DNA from: Balanoglossus misakiensis
Lineage: Eukaryota; Animalia; Hemichordata
DNA length: 64,000 bases
Direction of reading: 5' to 3'
Assembly (NCBI GenBank): GCA_040954595.2
Contig: CM082590.2
Span: forward strand, 11,062,088-11,126,087
Shown here piece by piece: positions 36,628 through 47,360 of the stretch (the first letter of the stretch is position 1; each line of letters starts with the position of its first letter). The notes under the pieces were generated by a model that was not told the origin of the DNA, did not search any database, and saw only the letters and a list, made by a program, of their open reading frames with translations. Both the position numbers and the translations under genes were made by a program.

Positions 36628-38058
36628 TCACATGCTGGATTCACGGTCTCGTTTCTTTACACAATTCTTCGAGTTCGAATTTATTTGCGGAACCATCGGT
36701 GTCGTTGAGTTTGGTTCTTGGCTGGCGATTTCCGTTTCCACTTTGTCGTTACCCGCATTATCACTTTTGGAAGTGCATGACGCTATCTTGCCAATAAAAC
36801 TGACACTGGTAGTGGTTGACGTTTTCGCTTTCTGTCGAATCCTTGTTGAGGTATCGTCAGAAGAACTGCCGTGAAATTCACTCACTTCTGATCTTGTACT
36901 CACGCTTCTCATGTATGTCTCGTAATCTCTCCCATCAAAACAACAACAGCAAAGTTTCCCAGCCAGACAGCGCGCCACTGTGGAATCCTCATGGCAACAG
37001 AAGATGATTCTCAGCAAATTATAGCGAAAATCTCGCGAATAGTAACTGTAAATGTAAGGGTTGATCGCACTGCCGAGAAACATAAACCACGTCACCATTG
37101 CGTACATGAATAAGATGTTATCTCGGTGCATGTTCCCACCAAATGCAGCGAAACCAAGAAAAGTGATGTAGGGAACCCAGCAGACGACGAAAACTATCAA
37201 AATACACAGCATCATTTTGGCGATTTTCTTTCGTTTGTCCATTTGCTTTTTAGACGCGTGCGTCTTCTCGAAGTATTCCATGCTTTTGTAGAGATTGTAG
37301 AAGACTCTGGAATATGCGACGATTATGCATGTGAGGGGAACCGTCGCGAAAATTAAAAACAAGTAGACGTAATAAAGATCACCGAGTACGGAATCAGTTG
37401 CCATGACATATACGCAGAGCGCGCGGACGTCACCGTTTTCTGCCGACTCCAAGTCGTGGGCCACTTTGATCACGTTGACGGTGTTGACCATCATCCCGAC
37501 GAGCGGGAAGAGGGAAACAGCGCAGAGAATCCAGATGACGACGACGACTAATCGTGCCCGGTTTATCGTACAGACTCTCTGGTATTTGAATGGATGGCAG
37601 ATAGCTATGTAACGCTCCAGGCTAATAGCAAACATGGTCCATACCGAGCAGGCTCCGAACACGATGGTGACATAGGTGCCCGCGCTGCAAATCGATTCCG
37701 ATGCATTCTGGAGCTCTTCGGAGATAGATAAGTTTATAAACAACAGTTTTATCAAAGGGGCATCGACTAATACCCGATACAGGTCACACAACGCGAGGTT
37801 GATGATGAACACCGTGTACACGGCCGTTCGTCGACGTCTCTGACAACCTGTGACCAACACGACCAAGTTCCCGATAGTCCCAACGACAATCACCAAGATG
37901 TAAGCACACACAATGAGAGCCCGGACCCACGGGTACTTAGTCCAGTCGTCGACGATTCGAATGTCGCTGCCATCGGAAGCACCCGTGTCGTTTGAAAATA
38001 GATAGGTGTAGTTGTCTTGAAATGTGCTATCGTTGTACGTGTAATAGGTAGACTCCAT
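36628..38058 (-). CDS. Class-A GPCR, intronless CDS, paralogue of 30202-31542
   Basis: N-glycosylation sequons in the N-terminus; GTIGN, NLALCDL, SLERYIAICHPF, CWVP, NPYIYSYYS; poly-Cys tail. Confidence 0.94.
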   Translation of the reverse strand: MESTYYTYNDSTFQDNYTYLFSNDTGASDGSDIRIVDDWTKYPWVRALIVCAYILVIVVGTIGNLVVLVTGCQRRRRTAVYTVFIINLALCDLYRVLVDAPLIKLLFINLSISEELQNASESICSAGTYVTIVFGACSVWTMFAISLERYIAICHPFKYQRVCTINRARLVVVVIWILCAVSLFPLVGMMVNTVNVIKVAHDLESAENGDVRALCVYVMATDSVLGDLYYVYLFLIFATVPLTCIIVAYSRVFYNLYKSMEYFEKTHASKKQMDKRKKIAKMMLCILIVFVVCWVPYITFLGFAAFGGNMHRDNILFMYAMVTWFMFLGSAINPYIYSYYSRDFRYNLLRIIFCCHEDSTVARCLAGKLCCCCFDGRDYETYMRSVSTRSEVSEFHGSSSDDTSTRIRQKAKTSTTTSVSFIGKIASCTSKSDNAGNDKVETEIASQEPNSTTPMVPQINSNSKNCVKKRDRESSM

Positions 38059-39097
38059 TCTGGTACCTTGGAAACCACTATTGTCAATTCACAAGTGCTG
38101 TCCTTACACCAGAAACCATATGTCAATCCACAGTGGGCCATAAAAGATAATAGAAGTCTCCTCTGTCGATCAGCTTGCTGGAGTGACCACAAGCTCTTAC
38201 ATGTCCGCTCGCATTTCCTTCACACGCCGCCCACCTCATTAATAATTAAAATCCCTCCACTTCAATCTGATGACGACACTGAAGGAGTGAGACGAATCTA
38301 ATCTCTTAACTGGGTTGAATTGATAACAAACTAAGTAACACCGTATCTGGAACACACAGGCATTCGCTACTATGATGCTACGTATTGCAAAATCTCGGAG
38401 GTCCAATTTAGACCTATAATATTCAGAATTCATTCTTGTGTACTCTGTGAATCTTGCATCACGTGATGATCTGTATTGTGTTCTTATTTTCAAGATAACA
38501 TTCTCTTCATGGCAAAACATCTCATCCTTTATTTCTAATCTGTAGACACACGTACATGTACTTGACTATCAATAAAGCAGGTTTTGTATCGTATCAATAT
38601 TGTACCATGATTTATTGTCTCAAAACCATATAAATCCAGGCTCAAGTCCGATATTGTAAAATATAGGTCGCATTATAAGAGCTATGAAATGACGCAGGCT
38701 TAATTATTTCAGTCGATAAATTATCACTCAAGTGACTTTCTGTTTGGATATGAAGAACATTTGTACAAGTTGATTTAGAGGTGAAAGGGCAAATTTGAAA
38801 ATTGTCGGTACATACAAAAATACATGTATTACATGAAGTCTTTGGTTTCCATGACAACTTTATTCGTTCTATATGTGGTAATATTTTCATGAACAGTACT
38901 TGAGAAGGTATGAATTTAGAGAAAAAAAAACGTTTTAAGCAGTTGTAAGTTGAATTAAACCCCAAAGTTATAATCCGCCCGCTCGTGGAATAATCCTTAA
39001 TTTATTAAAAAGTACAGTGAAAGTTCAGAAATATATTATCAAGCAAATTAAAAAAACTCGTGCAGTATGTTGAATTTATGGTAACCATCTTATCTGT

Positions 39098-40465
39098 TTA
39101 TTTACTTTCCCACTTTTGTACGACAAAAACATCCAAATCATTCTCAAACACTCTCTTGTTATCTCTTAGGTACGAACAGTCAGGAGACTTCAGATATTGG
39201 AAGACGTCTTGAAGAAGCTCGTCAGACACGTGACTCAACGTCTGATACGTCTCTGTGATGTAGTCGATCACCAGACTGCCGATTTCGGAGCTCTTGAAAC
39301 ACTCGTCGATGAAGAGGTAAGATGGCAGTATTGTGTGTCGGAATTTGATGTTATGTTTGTCCAATATCGTCTGGATGTCCCTCCCCGTTGAGTTGTCATG
39401 CCTGAATATGGGGAAGGAGTTTTCGTAGCGTTTGTTGAAACGACCCCAAGCTCTTGAGCCTGTAAACAAAAGGTAGAACACGTTTGCTTCCTGTCTAAAA
39501 ATATAATTACCAGGTCGTTATTTCATGTCACAGTTTATAAACATAATAAATGGTCTTCTACGCCATGTAATCAAATTCTGCCACATGCGAAAATACAATA
39601 ACGCGTTCATGATCATTTAATATACTAGTAAGTTGAAGTATTGAACGTTGGTGGCTCTAGTCACTCACCTGATACATGGATGATAATCATTATACCATTA
39701 AGGCTGAGGTGATTCTCGTATAGCTGAACGATTGTGTCTTCTATATCGTCAACGTAATACAAAACTTGAATCATGTGAATGACATCAAAGCGGCAGGGTT
39801 TTTTGTTTTTGCATGATTCCTGCGATTGGAAAGACAAATAACAATAAACAAGGACAATAACAACAAAGACAGCAAATGCAAAACAACATCTGCAAAAGCC
39901 AAGACAAAAAATGCGTGCGTTTTCAGGTAGACAGAGAGAGAGGGGGTCCCCTTTATATTCGTTTCCAAGATTGACTTACGAGATACTGATCGGATGTTTG
40001 TTGTCTGAGGTCACAGACAACATTTTCTAGTTCTGGATCAGTCTTGATGAGTTTCCGGTAGGCGTTCATCTGCATGTTATCGGGTTCCAGCACTCTGTTG
40101 TAAATCCTGTTGTACTTCTTTGTCAACTGTTGCAGCATGCATCTATCCACTTCGCCTGTATCGGTGTGAAAGTCAATTAGATAGCTTTCAGTTATTGGAA
40201 AAGTGTATCCGCTTTGCCTAGAATCATATAATCTCTCTAACGTGCAATTAACTATTAACTATTTTCGTCTGTCAAACTTACCAGAACCACTACCGATTCC
40301 AAGAACTTTCACTGGTCCAGAAATCTGAGGCTTCTGTACGAGATTTAAGAGTCCATTCTGAAACCACTCTATGATGACCTGTCGTTCGTCAGATTGTCGG
40401 ATGAATTCTCTCAAGACATCTAAGGTCCGCATTGGATCGGTGTAAAGACTTCGCAGCGTAGTCAT
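39098..40465 (-). CDS. HNMT: Histamine N-methyltransferase-like SAM-dependent methyltransferase, 4 coding exons
   Basis: Exons 40282-40465, 39980-40155, 39669-39819, 39098-39459. Motifs LRSLYTD, VLGIGSGSGEVD (SAM motif I), VLEP, FDVIHMIQVLYYV, ECF...DYITET and VFEND match the HNMT family. Orthology is not established. Confidence 0.85.
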
Positions 40466-43050
40466 GTCGTCCAAGTTCTGCAAAGATCCAAGATGAGTTT
40501 ATTGTGTCATTTAGTCTCTTGGCACTTTTTAATCAGTAATTGCACCAATGGTCTTGTCTCTATGCTTTTTAGGTTGGATGCTCTTTTTTATTAAAAAAAT
40601 ATAACAGTTTTTACTGTTTCCGTTCTATTTTTATGTTTTAAGTGTGTGGTGTTTTTTATATTTTTAAGTCTATGCGAGTGTATACTAAATACGTCTTATA
40701 TCCTGACATACAGAAATAATAATCATCTGTGGATCCGTTTGCTTGGATATGTTTGGATCCGTTTGGCTATTTTTAAATCCCCGTTTGGGTCGCTGTTGCA
40801 CCGTTCAGTTGAACTCTGTCTAAGTTTCAACATCGTGACATCCCCGTGAATTAGGTTACATGAAGTGATTTACGGTCTCTTCTGTGTGGTAATGTAGTTG
40901 ATAAACAAAAACGAAAATACACGAAAAACAGCCTGACGTTACAGATAGTGGCCCTTAAGAAGCAAACATAGGTGGTTAGTGTAACATCCAAACGATTTGA
41001 GAACTTCTTTTGTTTTGAAATCACAGTTATAGTTGATTAAAACGAAGCAAACTTGTCCTCCATATCAGACAAAAAAGACTTACATTAGAATTTCCTTTTC
41101 CCACGAAACCAGAGCAGTACAGAAGTGAAAGAAGGAACTTGCCCGGAAACTGTAGATTGTAACTTGGAATACAGCCTTCTTCACAATGAGATGTTTAAAA
41201 ATCACGATAAAACGGGGACACACAATGCTTTACCTGACCCAAATCTAGTTTGACCTTCACATTCGATGACTTCTTTCCTGCACCATCGTTATGTCGTCAT
41301 GGCGATAGTCGCGTAAGCAGTAAACACGGCGCGGTCAGCTATGAGTCATGTAAACATCACAACAAACAAATATGCGGGGTGAAAGTATGTTGGATGACGG
41401 TATAAGTGTGTCACCAGCTAACCACACGGAATGTCTTCATTATTTATATCAATGAATCAAGTGTAAAGGTAACAAAGTAAGAATTTATCTGTCAGCCATT
41501 TGCCATTCTGTCATACTCCTTAAAAAGTGATTTTATGTTTATAAAAATATAGTGGAAGTTTAACATTGCCACATCCCATCATATACTCGAGTCACTACGC
41601 GACATCCATCGAATTATGTGGAATATTATGCTTTAATCACGTGACTGAATACCAAATTACCCGTATTAGTCGTCGGTAATTCTATGAAAGGTCAGAAGTT
41701 TACACCTGGGTTCACCTGGAAACTCCTTCACCCTCGGTGAGGTTGGACCTCTAAAGAGGGCACTGGTGGTTTCTGCTTATTGGCCATGGCGTCTTTGTTG
41801 CTATTTTCAGTGCGATTGCTTGTTTGAATGGAATCACCCCCCTTAACGCGAATCACAAAAGAGAAAGGTCGCTAGCGTCTACTACCTGTGTGTAAGAAAC
41901 CCGAGGTCGTGTATGTGTTCCACCCAAGGAATTCCATTGATAACTCACACCACATAATAAACACTGCGTTTTACTCTCTTTTCATTGAATAAAAGAAGTT
42001 AGCGTTGCGAATATAGTGTTTAGGATAATTTTACCATTACACTGAAAGCGTCAACGACTACTCCGTATCATGTGTAGATGGTCTCATTTCGTTTTCTTGA
42101 ACTGGCACCCATAAAATACCCGTCCATGCTGACAGTAACAGTAACACGGCACACCCGAACAAATCATATATAAGGGAGATGACGTCTTGAGGTTACCTAG
42201 GGCACAACCGCTTTCCTGATAGCTATGTCCATTCAAAACGCTCAGAATCGAAACTTTTGTCTTAAGACATGTTTCTAGAGACACCAGTTCCTGGGGTGAG
42301 GGGAGGGATGCGCCCTATCCCCGTTGTGTTTGGTATGTTTTGGTGAAGCCACGACCGAACATTGTCTGTAGGGTGGGTGGGGCTGTTGCGATACGCTGAA
42401 AACGGCAATGAACAATTTACACTTAACTCGGACATACCTGTATATAGGGAATTCAGTATTCCACCGAAATCAGAGGAATCAACCAGAATAAGCACTTACC
42501 TTGTCAGCAGTGTTGCCAAGTGAGACAAGACCCGGACACTAGTTGTGATGACCCGACCAGGACGATGACGTATCAGAAGAAGGCAAGTGAGAGTGGGCGT
42601 GCGGCCCTGGTCTCGCTTGGTTTCATTCATTCACATCACAATACAATGTTACATAGACACACTCGGATCTGACCTAAAAAAAAAAGACCATGCCATTAAA
42701 CGTACGACTCTCTTGCCTTGATAGTTGGCCCGAGTCTGTCAACCAAAGCGCGTTTCTTATTTCTCTGACAAGTGGTGGGGTGGAGAAAGTATTGGGATTG
42801 AGATGGCAACTAAAGATATAAATGAGATTCTAGCTTTGCAGTCTTGGGACGTCAGTTTAGAATAGAGAAGTTTATATTCTGCACTGCGCACTAAGAGAAG
42901 TTGAAGTTGAAATACGATATTCAAACACACAGTTTGGTTGTTAAAGTTTATAACTTTATAATAAACCACGCAGAAGAGATCTTGATATAGGAGAAAGTTA
43001 CCCGGCTAAAGTACGGTTGCAAAGGTCAAACAAAGTACACAACATGCACG

Positions 43051-45200
43051 ATGTCAAAATCACCAAAGTTCGCAAAATCGCTGATTTGCCATTTTTGACA
43101 CTTTTCATGAGCTATAACCCATGAAAAACATCAAAAACTGTCAAAATCACCAAAGTTCGCAAAATCGCGGATTTGTCATTTTTGACACTTTTCATGAGCT
43201 ATAACCCATGAAAAACATCAAAAAATGACAAAATCACCAAAGTTCGCAAAATCGCTGATTTGTCATTTTTGACACTTTTCATGAGCTATAACCCATGAAA
43301 AACATCAAAAAATGCCAAAATCACCAAAGTTCGCAAAATCGCGGATTTGTCATTTTTGACACTTTTCATGAGCTATAACCCATGAAAAACATCAAAAAAT
43401 GCCAAAATCACCAAAGTTCGCAAAATCGCGGATTTGCCATTTTTGACACTTTTCATGAGCTATAACCCATGAAAAACGTCAAAAAATGTCAAAATCACCA
43501 AAGTTCGCAAAATCGCGGATTTGCCATTTTTGACACTTTTCATGAGCTATAACCCATGAAAAACGTCAAAAAATGTCAAAATCACCAAAGTTCGCAAAAT
43601 CGCGGATTTGCCATTTTTGACACTTTTCATGAGCTATAACCCATGAAAAACATCAAAAAATGACAAAATCACCAAAGTTCGCAAAATCGCGGATTTGCCA
43701 TTTTTGACACTTTTCATGAGCTATAACCCATGAAAAACGTCAAAAAATGACAAAATCACCAAAGTTCGCAAAATCGCGGATTTGCCATTTTTGACACTTT
43801 TCATGAGCTATAACCCATGAAAAACGTCAAAATGACAAAATCACCAAAGTTCGCAAAATCGCGGATTTGCCATTTTTGACACTTTTCATGAGCTATAACC
43901 CATGAAAAACGTCAAAAAATGACAAAATCACCAAAGTTCGCAAAATCGCGGATTTGCCATTTTTGACACTTTTCATGAGCTATAACCCATGAAAAACGTC
44001 AAAAAATGACAAAATCACCAAAGTTCGCAAAATCGCGGATTTGCCATTTTTGACACTTTTCATGAGCTATAACCCATGAAAAACGTCAAAAAATGACAAA
44101 ATCACCAAAGTTCGCAAAATCGCGGATTTGCCATTTTTGACACTTTTCATGAGCTATAACCCATGAAAAACGTCAAAAAATGACAAAATCACCAAAGTTC
44201 GCAAAATCGCGGATTTGCCATTTTTGACACTTTTCATGAGCTATAACCCATGAAAAACGTCAAAAAATGACAAAATCACCAAAGTTCGCAAAATCGCGGA
44301 TTTGCCATTTTTGACACTTTTCATGAGCTATAACCCATGAAAAACGTCAAAAAATGTCAAAATCACCAAAGTTCGCAAAATCGCGGATTTGCCATTTTTG
44401 ACACTTTTCATGAGCTATAACCCATGAAAAACATCAAAAAATGACAAAATCACCAAAGTTCGCAAAATCGCGGATTTGCCATTTTTGACACTTTTCATGA
44501 GCTATAACCCATGAAAAACATCAAAAAATTTCAAAATCACCAAAGTTCGCAAAATCGCGGATTTGTCATTTTTGACACTTTTCATGAGCTATAACCCATG
44601 AAAAACGTCAAAAAATGACAAAATCACCAAAGTTCGCAAAATCGCGGATTTGCCATTTTTGACACTTTTCATGAGCTATAACCCATGAAAAACGTCAAAA
44701 AATGACAAAATCACCAAAGTTCGCAAAATCGCGGATTTGCCATTTTTGACACTTTTCATGAGCTATAACCCATGGAAAACATCAAAAAATTTCAAAATCA
44801 CCAAAGTTCGCAAAATCGCGGATTTGTCATTTTTGACACTTTTCATGAGCTATAACCCATGAAAAACGTCAAAAAATGACAAAATCACCAAAGTTCGCAA
44901 AATCGCGGATTTGCCATTTTTGACACTTTTCATGAGCTATAACCCATGTAAAACGTCAAAAAATGACAAAATTACCAAAGTTCGCAAAATCGCTGATTTG
45001 CCATTTTTGACACTTTTCATGAGCTATAACCCATGTAAAACGTCAAAAAATGACAAAATCACCAAAGTTCGCAAAATCGCGGATTTGTCATTTTTGACAC
45101 TTTTCATGGGTTATAGCTCATTAAAATGGTGAAAAATGAAAAATTCGTGATTTTGCGAACTTTGCTGATTTTGTCTTTTTTGAGTTTTCATGGCATAGCT
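43051..45200. repeat. 87-bp tandem satellite, ~23-24 near-identical copies, ending in an inverted degenerate copy
   Basis: Unit CAAAATCACCAAAGTTCGCAAAATCGCGGATTTGCCATTTTTGACACTTTTCATGAGCTATAACCCATGAAAAACGTCAAAAAATGA; period from 43055 to 43142 = 87 bp. Confidence 0.97.
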
Positions 45201-45847
45201 CCAGTCGTTCACGGGTAATTTGTTTTGGATTACGTTCATTTTATTCGGACTATTGAATTGCATTTATTGTCGGATATATCCTAAGCGACCATGCAACAAT
45301 GCGAATCCACAACATATGTTCTTGGAATATCGTAGTCATTGATTACAAAAATGTAAATTGATTTCGGACGAGGCTGTAACTGAGGTCATTCAAACATCCA
45401 GGGCTTCATTGCATTGGAGACTCCGTGGCGCTGGCTTCGCTTGCAGATTTCTTCCAGATAAACCACGCGTTGAGCCAAGATTGTGCATATGTATTATTCG
45501 GATGTAAGAGGTTAATCGTCTTGAAAATATTTGACCGGGAAGACAAACAAGGTGAGAAGCGATGTTAATATCGCCGAGCTAGCTTGTATACAAATTACAC
45601 TCGTGTTTCATTCATTCATATTGTGCGCCACGTCACCTCTGTTGGACAGACTGGTCGCTCGGAGTCAATTTATCGATTTTTTTCTGCCGTGTGCTACTTC
45701 AGCGAATCTGACCTCAAACTACCTGCCCATCTCTTAACACACCCAATGTTGAATTTACCAATGCAATGTATATTTCAATTGAAATCTACATCAGCTGTAA
45801 AATTTGGTTGATGTATTCTTAACAATGTTGAAGGTTTCCAGAGGTTT

Positions 45848-46198
45848 TGCATCGTTGCCATTTTTGACACTTTTCATGAGCCATAACCCATGAAAAACAT
45901 CAAAAAATGACAAAATCACCAAAGTTCGCAAAATCGCGGATTTGCCATTTTTGACACTTTTCATGAGCTATAACCCATGAAAAACGTCAAAAAATGACAA
46001 AATCACCAAAGTTCGCAAAATCGCGGATTTGCCATTTTTGACACTTTTCATGAGCTATAACCCATGAAAAACGTCAAAAAATGTCAAAATCACAAAAGTT
46101 CGCAAAATCGTGGATTTGTCATTTTTGACACTTTTCATGAGCTATAACCCATGAAAAACATCAAAAAATGACAAAATCACCAAAGTTCATGCATCGTT
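45848..46198. mobile_element. ~3.8-copy mini-array of the 87-bp satellite flanked by the 9-bp direct repeat TGCATCGTT
   Basis: TGCATCGTT at 45848-45856 and 46190-46198 directly abuts the array (45857-46189). Confidence 0.6.
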
Positions 46199-46455
46199 CG
46201 AGGATTTTTTTAATAATATGCCATCGATGTGGTTAAATATCAATTTTGTATTTTTTGAGTGACAGAATGGTTAACTTCGGGGGGAAATATTTCCTTAGTT
46301 TTAAATTGATTAGTAAAGCCCAACTATAAATATTTTTTTTTGACAACAATGCCATATGACTTTTCATTTTCTTAATAAGTGACTGTTATTGAAAAAGAAT
46401 CATGAAATAAGATACCAAATGATTGTTTTTTTTAACAACTTTCTATAGTATTGTA

Positions 46456-46500
46456 CTAGAGGTAATAACTGTGGTGTCAATACCAGATGGTATTGACACC
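46456..46500 (-). mobile_element. Helitron-like 3' terminus
   Basis: Perfect 13-bp inverted repeat GGTGTCAATACCA-GA-TGGTATTGACACC (46473-46500), followed on the - strand after 13 nt by CTAG|T. The 5' end was not identified. Confidence 0.5.
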
Positions 46501-47063
46501 AATTTAATTCATCACGCAACAAAGTAAAGACACTTTTAGTGAAAAACTCTCTTTATAACACATTTGATTTTATTATTCTTAATTGTGGAATAGTTTAATT
46601 TCAATGCTCTTTTACTCAAAAATTGATTATCATAACATCACTGAGTATTTTCAAAAGCAGAGTCTGGGAGTTTCTGAAATGGTTTTGCTGACAAAAAAAC
46701 TGTGGAGCTTGACAGAAATGAAATTCTTCACTGCGCTTGAATCTGCGGAAGGCCAAACTCGTACACTGTAAGAAAAAAAGAAACATTTAGGAAAAAAAAC
46801 AGCATAATACTACTAATAAAAATAGTAAAAGAACTGAAAAACTGAAATGACTGGTAACACCATACAGCATTACAATAAACAAATATTCAAACAAGCATAG
46901 AGTCAGATAATTAAACTGTTTACCATCAAACATAATTTATAAGGGATTTTAAAAGTCATTACTTGAAAATATCACTGGTTTAAACGTGTCTCCCATATTT
47001 TTAAACAACTGTCTCCCATATTTGGATAATGTGTACTGGACACACAAGGAAGTCACTAAATGT

Positions 47064-47360
47064 GGCGGCCATTTTGAATGCCATAGACTTAGCACAGATG
47101 CCGGCGGCCATTTTGAACCTCAAATTTGGCGGCCATTTTGAAAGTCATAATGTAAGATAATTTTTACAAGACCCCACCCCCAATTTAATGAGTAAATGAA
47201 CAGTTATTTTGGGCAATAAATGAATAATCTAAAGTAGCTCTGGGCCAACATTTTTGGACTTTTTCATGAGTTATAGCTCATGAAAATTGTCAAAAAATTA
47301 CAAATTCCCGACTTTGTGAACTTCAGCAAATTTATCATTTTGGGACATTTTTCATTGGTT
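47064..47360. repeat. Three GGCGGCCATTTTGAA motifs plus a diverged inverted copy of the 87-bp unit
   Basis: Motifs at 47064, 47103 and 47128; CATTTTTGGACTTTTTCATGAGTTATAGCTCATGAAAATTGTCAAAAAA at ~47248-47297. Confidence 0.75.

Noticed and set aside
38268-38300. Hammerhead ribozyme core (CTGATGA...)
   Set aside because: No GAAA after stem II and no closing stems; the other CTGANGA sites I checked also fail.
30202-40465. Histamine receptor plus HNMT cluster
   Set aside because: Both GPCRs have Thr, not the aminergic Asp, at TM3 position 3.32.
44911-45132. Protein coded by the 87-bp (29-codon) repeat
   Set aside because: The consensus unit has stops in all six frames; this ORF exists only because two units mutated TGA to TGT.
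43051-46189. CRISPR array
   Set aside because: Units are contiguous and near-identical with no unique spacers; there are no cas genes and the context is eukaryotic.
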